Below are positions 55,228 to 62,595 of a stretch of 64,000 bases of DNA, one piece after another. Below the pieces are notes generated by a model. The model was not told the DNA's origin, searched no databases, and saw nothing but the letters and a program-made list of their open reading frames with translations. The translations under genes and the position numbers were made by a program. The first letter of the stretch is position 1; each line of letters begins with the position of its first letter. Origin of the DNA: a virus (Duplodnaviria > Caudoviricetes). The stretch lies in IMG/VR virus record IMGVR_UViG_2936345690_000002. One strand, given 5' to 3'.

Positions 55228-56874
55228 ATGATTAACGCCACCTTCCCCGCTAACGCTGAGGCTGCCATCGGCTACTACGGCCACGCGGGCACGGAGCTGG
55301 AGAAGGTCGGGGAATGGCAGGGCAAAGGGGCGGAGAAGCTCGGCCTGTCCGGTGCCGTGGATATGGCCGACTGGCGGGCGCTTGTGCGGGGAAAAGCCCC
55401 TGACGGCACCAAGCTCGCCCAGCGACTGCGGGATGACCGCCGGGTGCTGCTCGATCTGACACTCAGCGTCAACAAGGATACCGCTGTGCTCCTCTCGCTG
55501 GTCGATCCCCGGATTGAAGGGGTAATCCAGCGGGCAAACGCGGTTGCGATGGAGCTGGCGGAATCCTACCTCGATACCCGCGTGAAGGGGCTGCTCGGCA
55601 CGGAGACGGTGCAGTCGGCGGCGATGATCTCGGCACCGTTCTACCACCAGATCACCCGGGCGCGGGAGCCGGGCTACCACATCCACAACACGATCATCGC
55701 CCTCACGCCGTATAAAGACCGCTGGTATGCCCCGGAGTTTGACCGGCTGGTATCGAACAGCGACCGGATAAAACGGCTATTCCACAGCCAAGTCGCCCGG
55801 GGCATGCGGGAACTGGGCTACCAGACGGAGCTGACGAAAGACAATTTCCGCGTGGTCGGCTTCCCGGATTCCATTCGGCGGGAGTTTTCCACCGGACAGG
55901 GGAACATCGACCACGAGCAGGCGATGCGGGAGACGGCGCTGTCCGAGCAAATCCGCCGGACAAGCGATCCGGTCGAGCTGCGAAAGCTGGAGGGCAAGCT
56001 CGGCTTCGTCAAATCGCCGAAAGGCCGGGCGGCGCTGGCCGTGCAGGTGCGGGAGAAGAAGCAACGCGATCTCGATCCGGCAACGCTCAAGGCAGATTGG
56101 TGGGGCAGGCTCACGCCCGAGGAGGCAAACGCCCTCCAAGCCGTCCTCCGGCAGGCGTCCAGCCGTGAACCCAGCAAGTTGCCTGACCATTCCCGGCAAT
56201 TCTTCGGCCAGTCGGTCAACCGGCTGAGCCAGCAGTATGGCCGCGTGCCGGAGGAAGACCTGTTCACCGACGCCCTCAAAACCGGCGTGGGCGAGGTGAC
56301 GCTGGGCGGCCTGCGGCAAACGCTCGAGCAATCCGAGCTGCTGCGGGTCACGGTGAACGGCACGCCCATGGTGCAGACATGGGAAAACCGCCAGAAGGAA
56401 AAGGAGCTATTGGCGTTCGCCCGTTCCGGCGGCATCGTCTGGATCAGCGGCAAGCCGGACGCGGCCACCGTCCGCGAGGCCGAGCAGCGTGCGGGCAAAA
56501 ACCCGCTCTGGGTCAAGGATGCGGGCAGCCAGCCGTTTGCCGAGCTGCACCGACTGAGTCAGGCAGCTGAGGCCGAGCAGCGTCGCATTGTGCTCCAGGG
56601 CCTGCCGCCGCGGAACGCCCCTGATGGCCACACGCTCCGCCTGCTGCAAGAGGTGGCCGGGCTGAAACCGCTTGACGATAAGCCTTTGAAGCCACGGTCA
56701 AGCGTGCTAAAGCTCCTGCCGAAAGCATGGCGGGAGTCGATGCAGCAGCACGTTGGTCGGCTGAACCGGATGCATTTCTTCAAGTCCATCCAGCAGGAGC
56801 ACGCCATCGATGAGCAGCGCACAAGAGCGGCTAAGGAGCAAGCTGAACGGCGTGAGGCCGTCTGGGAACGGTGA
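55228..56874 (+). CDS. MOBF (TrwC/TraI-type) relaxase lacking an intact helicase domain
   Basis: GYY, W.GKGAEKLGLSG, DLTLSVNK, H..TR..EPGYHIH, REFS; no Walker A. Confidence 0.9.
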   Translation: MINATFPANAEAAIGYYGHAGTELEKVGEWQGKGAEKLGLSGAVDMADWRALVRGKAPDGTKLAQRLRDDRRVLLDLTLSVNKDTAVLLSLVDPRIEGVIQRANAVAMELAESYLDTRVKGLLGTETVQSAAMISAPFYHQITRAREPGYHIHNTIIALTPYKDRWYAPEFDRLVSNSDRIKRLFHSQVARGMRELGYQTELTKDNFRVVGFPDSIRREFSTGQGNIDHEQAMRETALSEQIRRTSDPVELRKLEGKLGFVKSPKGRAALAVQVREKKQRDLDPATLKADWWGRLTPEEANALQAVLRQASSREPSKLPDHSRQFFGQSVNRLSQQYGRVPEEDLFTDALKTGVGEVTLGGLRQTLEQSELLRVTVNGTPMVQTWENRQKEKELLAFARSGGIVWISGKPDAATVREAEQRAGKNPLWVKDAGSQPFAELHRLSQAAEAEQRRIVLQGLPPRNAPDGHTLRLLQEVAGLKPLDDKPLKPRSSVLKLLPKAWRESMQQHVGRLNRMHFFKSIQQEHAIDEQRTRAAKEQAERREAVWER

Positions 56875-57358
56875 GCCCACGCAGGCCGACGGCGTCGCCA
56901 CGGCATCGTCCAGCAACAAGAAACGGGCGGAAGGGGCGAACCAGTCCAAGCTCTGCCTGCGGTACTTCCCGCTCGAAAGCAGCCCCGGATTCGATAACCG
57001 CTGGCTGGCCATGCCCTATTCCTCGATCTGGGACATCAGGGGCAAGCGGGATTTTTCGCAGATGGTCGTTCGCTACATGGACGGCAAGAAGGTCACGATT
57101 GACGGGCCGAACCTGAAATCCATCGCCGACCGGCTGGAAGGCGGCCGCCTGGGCGACGTGATTCAGGCCGATCCGATGGAAATGGCCGGGGAGCGGCACT
57201 GCGTCACGCTCACCGTGCGGGGCGATGAGCTGGAGCCGCTGCTGCAGGCGCTCAAGCTGTTCCGCACCGCGAAGGTGGATGGCGTTCACGCTGCGGACGA
57301 TAGCGATCTGTTGCAATGCCTCGTGACCAAGCTCACGCTGGAGCAGGAGAAGGTGTGA
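56810..57358 (+). CDS. hypothetical protein coupled to the relaxase
   Basis: AMPYS...VTIDGPNL; start uncertain. Confidence 0.55.
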   Translation: MSSAQERLRSKLNGVRPSGNGEPTQADGVATASSSNKKRAEGANQSKLCLRYFPLESSPGFDNRWLAMPYSSIWDIRGKRDFSQMVVRYMDGKKVTIDGPNLKSIADRLEGGRLGDVIQADPMEMAGERHCVTLTVRGDELEPLLQALKLFRTAKVDGVHAADDSDLLQCLVTKLTLEQEKV

Positions 57359-57470
57359 TGCTGGCGGTGGCATCCGGTGGGGATAAGCGAGCGAAGCGAG
57401 CGCGCGGCGGCGGTCGCGCCAGTTAGCTGGGTGACTGAATGGGGCGGCGTGGCTAGCCGCCCCGTGGCGG

Positions 57471-57893
57471 TCAGGCGGCTTCGCCGGTGGCTGCTGCGTG
57501 AGCCTCGAATATCGCCTGATAATCCCGCTCCAGCTGCTCCGCGTTGTCATTCTCGCCAGCCGAATAGGCCAGCTCGATTTGCTCGCGGCCATGCTTCACC
57601 AGCGGTTCGATAGCCGCCAGCAGCTTCGGCGCGGCATGCATCAGCCGCACGCGGGCGGCGTTCTCCTCGTGCGTGCCGAACGGAGCGCCGGTGATTCGCT
57701 GGTAGAGGTCTTGCGCCTGCTGCTCGGTCTGGCAATCGGCGATGGCCTCCACGCCTTCTCCGTCGATGTGGCCGTAGAGCGTCCAGCAATCGGCTTCCGC
57801 CCGTTCGCAAACCTCGAAATAGAAATGGCCGGGCTTGTCAGGTTCTTCGTAGCGGCGGCACGGGCTGATTTCGTAGTTGTCGAATACCTTCAT
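57471..57893 (-). CDS. hypothetical protein
   Basis: RBS AAGGA; NAARVRLMHAAPKLL motif. Confidence 0.7.
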   Translation of the reverse strand: MKVFDNYEISPCRRYEEPDKPGHFYFEVCERAEADCWTLYGHIDGEGVEAIADCQTEQQAQDLYQRITGAPFGTHEENAARVRLMHAAPKLLAAIEPLVKHGREQIELAYSAGENDNAEQLERDYQAIFEAHAAATGEAA

Positions 57894-57945
57894 GGTGTTT
57901 TCCTTCCTTGGTTGCGGGGCAGGCATGCAACCCGCCCCTCGGTAG

Positions 57946-58155
57946 TTATGCCTTCTTCGCGGCGAGCCTGTCGGCCTCGTCCATGGCTTTCCGCAATGCT
58001 ATGGCCTTATCAATCGGCGCTTCGCTCTCTGCCGTGAATGTTGCGCGCTTCGCTTGGCCGTGTCCTTCGCTGGATACGACAATCACGAAGTCCAGCCCGT
58101 TCCTGACCACGCGGAATGTGCCGTTGTCGTGGTGGATATTGGAAATGCTCAACAT
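57946..58155 (-). CDS. hypothetical protein
   Basis: RBS AAGGA; MLSISNIHH. Confidence 0.55.
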   Translation of the reverse strand: MLSISNIHHDNGTFRVVRNGLDFVIVVSSEGHGQAKRATFTAESEAPIDKAIALRKAMDEADRLAAKKA

Positions 58156-58219
58156 AAGTTTTAATTCCTTGGTGGTGGGGCGGCAGGCCAGCGCCGCCCC
58201 GGTTGATTCATGGCTCCGG

Positions 58220-58591
58220 CTACCAGCTCGCCTGATAGACGACAGAGCGCCAAACGCCCTCTTCTTCCTCTTCCAGCCACGCGATGGCTTCCCGGAAGAT
58301 GGCCAGATCTTCCTCCTTCTCGCTGCCGTCGCTGGCACCGAAAAAGAAGCCGGTCGTATGAGGCAACTGCTCCGCCTCAACCGCCGCGATAATCCGCTCC
58401 ATCCGTTCCTTATCCAGATAGATGGGCTGGCACTCGTCCTCGCCGCCCGCGAATTCCTTGACGATGAAGCCGTGAAGGTTCGGGTGCTTCCGCCAGTAGC
58501 CGAGGTCGTAGCGCTCCCCCTTCTTGTCGCCGCGCTTCCGCTTTACTCCATGGAAGTATTTTTCTCCGGTGAGGTACATATCGAGTCCCAT
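58220..58591 (-). CDS. conserved phage hypothetical protein (MGLDMYL/YWRK family)
   Basis: MGLDMYL, GYWRK.PNLHG, GFFFG, YQASW. Confidence 0.8.
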   Translation of the reverse strand: MGLDMYLTGEKYFHGVKRKRGDKKGERYDLGYWRKHPNLHGFIVKEFAGGEDECQPIYLDKERMERIIAAVEAEQLPHTTGFFFGASDGSEKEEDLAIFREAIAWLEEEEEGVWRSVVYQASW

Positions 58592-58627
58592 AGCAAACTC
58601 CATTTTGCTGTTAATCGTTAGGTGTGC

Positions 58628-58863
58628 GTTTCAGGTCGGCTTCTTCGCCGTCCTGAAACCTTGCCAAGCGGCGAGCTGGGCGGGGTGAATCCGCAAGGGT
58701 CGCCGGGCCGTCTGCACGGAGCGCAGCGCAGGAAGATGGTTCGGCGACTCGCGCAGCCCTTGCGGAGAGGGGGCGGAACTGCCCCCTCCTGCGTCAGGAA
58801 TGCGCAGGGCCTGGTCGCCGCAAGGCGACGGAGCGAACAGCGACCCCGGAGCACTCCGCCCGG
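58628..58863. other. large multibranch secondary structure (ssDNA promoter-like or cis-RNA)
   Basis: outer stem 58676-58687/58852-58863; CCGCAAGGG/CCCTTGCGG; further inner hairpins with GCGCAGC and GCAA loops. Confidence 0.65.
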
Positions 58864-58999
58864 ACGCCCTACCCGGCATTCCGCTTCAGCGCCGCCCGCT
58901 TTCTGCATCTATCGCACGGGCAACTTGACAACCACAGAATGCCCTTGATGGCTGCTGTCACAACGAAAGCCGCGACGCACAAAATCCACACCAATAAAT

Positions 59000-59371
59000 T
59001 CATACAATCCCCGCCTGCTTGCGGATGGCGGAAAGGGCGGCTTGTGCATCTGGCGCGCGGGTTTCCCATTCGCGCTCCAGCACCACGTCAACCAATTCAG
59101 GCTCTATCGTGATGCCAGTGACGATCTGCCTGCGCCGTATAGCTCGCGCCATATCCTCCACCGTTTCCGGGTCATCCAGCAGGGCGCGGAGATAGACATC
59201 AATAAATGAACTGCGGATAGATTCCCCTGCCTGCCGAATGAGAAAAGCCCGGTTATCGGCTCGAGTTTCATCCCATGTGCCGTTGTCGTAACCCTGACTA
59301 TACCGATAGACGGTTTCCCATCGCGCTTTAGCGACCGCCTCAAGCGCCCGTTCATGTGCTGTCTGTGTCAT
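59000..59371 (-). CDS. hypothetical protein
   Basis: TGATG coupling; ERALEAVAKA..AQAALSA. Confidence 0.6.
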   Translation of the reverse strand: MTQTAHERALEAVAKARWETVYRYSQGYDNGTWDETRADNRAFLIRQAGESIRSSFIDVYLRALLDDPETVEDMARAIRRRQIVTGITIEPELVDVVLEREWETRAPDAQAALSAIRKQAGIV

Positions 59372-59682
59372 CAATATAAATCCTCGCTGAATAGTTCCTT
59401 GCTGTCGGGGTTCCCGCTCTTGTGACGAATCTGGCCAGCGGCGGTAGCCACCTCGAATGCCTCCCTCCGGTTCATGAACACGCCCCGCTGGTCGATGAAA
59501 CCCTGCTCGGCTTTGTGAACCGCCTTCGTGTAGCCGCTGACCACGTTGAATTCCGGCATCCGGGCAAGCTGACCGTGCATCACCATGTCGAAATGCCGCG
59601 CCCCGGCGATGATCGTATCGCCGATCTTGCAGGCGGCGCAGACAACGCGGCGCTGAGTGCGGTCGTGACCGGGCGTGGTCAT
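59371..59682 (-). CDS. conserved phage hypothetical protein
   Basis: VCAA, GARH, QGF.DQ.G.F..R.EA, LFSEDLY. Confidence 0.8.
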   Translation of the reverse strand: MTTPGHDRTQRRVVCAACKIGDTIIAGARHFDMVMHGQLARMPEFNVVSGYTKAVHKAEQGFIDQRGVFMNRREAFEVATAAGQIRHKSGNPDSKELFSEDLY

Positions 59683-60047
59683 ACTGCGGTTCCTTTCTCT
59701 GCCGTTGGTTTATCGAAGCGGGCAAGCCCGAGAGGAAGCGGCAAACTCTCGCGTGATCCATCCGCGTTTATCCGCGAGTAGCTGATGACATGGAGCATCA
59801 GCCCTTCCTGTTCCAGCGGCACCACGGCGGCTTTGCCCTCCATGATGGCCGCAATCGCCGCTTCGCCGAGCTTCTGCCGGAGCGGGTCGGCGCGCAGCGC
59901 GGCCTTCGCATCCTTATGAGCCTGCCGCCCGTCGCGGTGGCCACGCATCTGATCCACCGGCTTGGGCTGGTTGAGCGCGTCCCGGTTGCGGTTCTGCCAG
60001 ATGGCCGCCCGGATGGTTTGGATGGCTTCTTCGTGATGCGTGGTCAT
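59679..60047 (-). CDS. hypothetical protein
   Basis: ATGA coupling. Confidence 0.6.
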   Translation of the reverse strand: MTTHHEEAIQTIRAAIWQNRNRDALNQPKPVDQMRGHRDGRQAHKDAKAALRADPLRQKLGEAAIAAIMEGKAAVVPLEQEGLMLHVISYSRINADGSRESLPLPLGLARFDKPTAEKGTAV

Positions 60048-60331
60048 GCAGCGGTTCCTTTAAGTTTGTCGCGGATGGCGCGGGCTTTACCGAAAGCGGC
60101 CTCCATCTCCTCGGACTGCCAGCTGGCCTCATAGCAGGTACGGTCGTGGATGTGGTCGAAGGCGAGGATAGCGTCCAGCGCCTCCAACAGCTCGGAGGTG
60201 TCGGCGGCGTGCTGACAAATTATCTCATTAACCTTGTCCAGCGGCACATAGGCGCACAAGCTAACCAAGACATGGGGCAGCGACTGCACCTTCTCGATCA
60301 TCTCCTTCATGTTTCCTTGCTCGATGGTCAT
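60044..60331 (-). CDS. hypothetical protein
   Basis: starts within a junction repeat; ELLEAL...KARA. Confidence 0.6.
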   Translation of the reverse strand: MTIEQGNMKEMIEKVQSLPHVLVSLCAYVPLDKVNEIICQHAADTSELLEALDAILAFDHIHDRTCYEASWQSEEMEAAFGKARAIRDKLKGTAA

Positions 60332-60540
60332 GCCGCCTCGCTTTCCGGCTGCTTCGGCGTGAAGCCGTCGCAGCTTTTCAGCCATAGCGGGTCGTAGTTG
60401 AACGGCCAGGCGAACCAGCCCTTGCGGATGCCGTGCGGGTCGCCGGTCACGGCAGCGGCGGGGTTGGCGCATTGGCTATGGGCATCGCCGGGCAGGTTGC
60501 GGCGGAAGATGCAGGCGTAGCAGTTGGGTTTCGGGGTCAT
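60328..60540 (-). CDS. small Cys-rich protein
   Basis: CYAC..R...GDAHSQC, GWFAWPFNYDP.W..C. Confidence 0.7.
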   Translation of the reverse strand: MTPKPNCYACIFRRNLPGDAHSQCANPAAAVTGDPHGIRKGWFAWPFNYDPLWLKSCDGFTPKQPESEAA

Positions 60541-60836
60541 GCCGCCTCGCTTTCCGGCCACATGCCAAGCTCACGCAGGGCGGCCTTTTTCGCTTCCGGC
60601 AGCGCTTCCAGGGTCAGGATGCTGTCGGGGTGGATGTAGACACGGCTTACCGGGTGCAGCTTACTTCCGGGTCGATTCCGGTAATCCCAGTCGTCAACGA
60701 GGTGGTGGGCGTTGCGTGTACCGTAAGCGTCGTAGTCGCCAGCGGCGGTAGCGCGGAGTATGACCGTCAAATTGCAGTGCTTCGCCGCCCATGCGGCAGT
60801 CAGCGGGTCGGTGAAGAAGAGGTGCTTCTGGGTCAT
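60537..60836 (-). CDS. hypothetical protein
   Basis: bounded by junction repeats; YIHPDS. Confidence 0.65.
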   Translation of the reverse strand: MTQKHLFFTDPLTAAWAAKHCNLTVILRATAAGDYDAYGTRNAHHLVDDWDYRNRPGSKLHPVSRVYIHPDSILTLEALPEAKKAALRELGMWPESEAA

Positions 60837-61444
60837 GCCGCCTCGCTTTCCACCGTCATCTCGGCGATGGCATCGTCCACCAGCTTGTAAAGCGAGCATC
60901 CGAGAGGGATGTCTTCGAGCGCGGCCTGCTGGCTGGGGGCGTAGGCTTTCTGCTGGCTGTTCGATACCTTGTACCGATTCCAGCCGAGCACCTGCTCCGC
61001 GATGATCGCCCCGCGCTTCCAGTTTTCGCAGATCAGTTCTTCGACGCGGCTCCATGCCCGTGCCGCGTCTTCTTCAGCCCTGGCCAGCTTGTCCTTCAGG
61101 ATGCCGACTTCACCGCCGGGATGGGTCATCCGCTCAAGGTAGGCATCCCAGCCGTGGGTCTTGATCCAGAGCGCGGAGCTGATGACGGCCTGGTGCATCG
61201 CCCCGGTTGTTCCGAACTCGCCTGCCGCGTCGCAGGCGGCCTTGCTCAACGCCTTCGCGTCTTCGTTATCCTCGTCGATCACGTCGTAAACGTTCGAGTA
61301 GCCGGTAAATCGGGGGTCTGCCTCCGGGTGGCCGTCCAGCCATTCCAGCGCGGCGATCAGCATCCGGCGGCAACATTCCTCGTAGGCTCCGCCAAAGCCG
61401 CTGATTTCGCGCATGGCGGGGGTAAATTTGTACTTCTGGGGCAT
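60833..61444 (-). CDS. hypothetical protein
   Basis: RBS GAGG; EISGFGG.YE, TGAMH. Confidence 0.7.
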   Translation of the reverse strand: MPQKYKFTPAMREISGFGGAYEECCRRMLIAALEWLDGHPEADPRFTGYSNVYDVIDEDNEDAKALSKAACDAAGEFGTTGAMHQAVISSALWIKTHGWDAYLERMTHPGGEVGILKDKLARAEEDAARAWSRVEELICENWKRGAIIAEQVLGWNRYKVSNSQQKAYAPSQQAALEDIPLGCSLYKLVDDAIAEMTVESEAA

Positions 61445-61530
61445 AGCACCTCTCTTTCAGGTTGGTTGTTAGCGAGCCGCAGGGCGGCGAGCGCGGCGGG
61501 TTGCCCCGCCGTGCCCTGTTGGTTGACTGA

Positions 61531-62085
61531 CTATGCGGCGGTGGCCTTGGTGATGGCATCGTCATTCCCTTGAATCCTCTGAGTGAGGAGCAAGTCGATT
61601 TCAGGCCAGCGCGGATGGTTTTTGTCAGCCACCAGCCGCATTAGTTCGATCGTGTCGTTAGTCAGCACCAGCCTATCCAGCAGCTCCGGCGCGGCGGCGA
61701 TCAGCCGGGCGTTGGCCAATGCCTCGGCACGCGGTCGTGGCGCATACTGGAAGTCACCGACTTGGGCGACGATGGAGCCGGTAGCATCATCGCAATAGAC
61801 CAGTACCGGGCTTTCTCCACGGCTCGGATCGCCGCACTCCCACGGCCCCGGCGTGTGCCGTGCCGTGTCCGTCTGCGGTTCAGCGTTGTCCAGCGGCTCC
61901 AAATCGGCAACCGGCACGGTGAAGAACGGGTAGTCGCCATCGCTCTGGAGCGTCACGCTCCGGTGTTCGACCCCGGTTGCCCGCGTGTCGTCACCGACCA
62001 CTCCGTAGTTCGGCTTGATGCAGTCGTAGACGATGGTTCCGGCAGGGGTGCCAAATCGCTCCGCTTTCAGTTTGTATTTCCTCAT
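61531..62085 (-). CDS. hypothetical protein with HTPGPW / ANARLIAAAP module
   Basis: RBS GGAGG; widespread phage motif. Confidence 0.75.
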   Translation of the reverse strand: MRKYKLKAERFGTPAGTIVYDCIKPNYGVVGDDTRATGVEHRSVTLQSDGDYPFFTVPVADLEPLDNAEPQTDTARHTPGPWECGDPSRGESPVLVYCDDATGSIVAQVGDFQYAPRPRAEALANARLIAAAPELLDRLVLTNDTIELMRLVADKNHPRWPEIDLLLTQRIQGNDDAITKATAA

Positions 62086-62136
62086 GATGTGCCTCCATGC
62101 TGTTGGTGGGCGGCGCATCCACGCCGCCCGGTTTCG

Positions 62137-62496
62137 TTATGCGGCTTGTAGCGCGGCCAATTGCTTTTCCCGCTCCGCGATTTCTTCGGTGAGTCGAGCG
62201 ATTTCGCGTTGTCGCTTCTCTTCCGCCTCCCGCTCCAGTCGCTCCTTGCGGGCTTCTTCCGTTTCGCTCGGTACGGCTGAGAAAAATCGCTGGCCTTTCC
62301 CCGAAATCGGCTGGACGGTGTTGTAATCGAATCCCATCTTCTCACCGAGCGCCGCCCATGCGCGATTGGCATTCTCCTGCGGCGAACTGCTCATGGGCTG
62401 CCCGCCAGACAGGTACATCGCGGGTGTTGGCCTGCAAGCTTCAAGCAGTGTCTTCAGGTCTTCCTCAGTCATCTCGTATTCGGTTCTTGGGTACAT
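62137..62496 (-). CDS. hypothetical protein
   Basis: RBS AAGGA; QENANRAW..LG.KMGF. Confidence 0.7.
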   Translation of the reverse strand: MYPRTEYEMTEEDLKTLLEACRPTPAMYLSGGQPMSSSPQENANRAWAALGEKMGFDYNTVQPISGKGQRFFSAVPSETEEARKERLEREAEEKRQREIARLTEEIAEREKQLAALQAA

Positions 62497-62595
62497 AGCG
62501 GTTCCTTCCATTGCATATGCATTACGGTTAAATGATTTTCCAATTCTCGGCGATTCGTCAGAAACAGGGCGGCGCTCTCACGCCGCCCCGATTCG

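Larger units (their letters stand above)
60326..60851 (-). repeat. three identical 21-bp gene-junction repeats
   Basis: GGAAAGCGAGGCGGCATGACC at 60326-60346, 60535-60555 and 60831-60851. Confidence 0.9.

Noticed and set aside
60326-60851. CRISPR array or integron attC sites
   Set aside because: The repeats are 21 bp, non-palindromic and separated by whole ORFs of about 190-275 bp; no cas or intI gene and no R-box/L-box structure.
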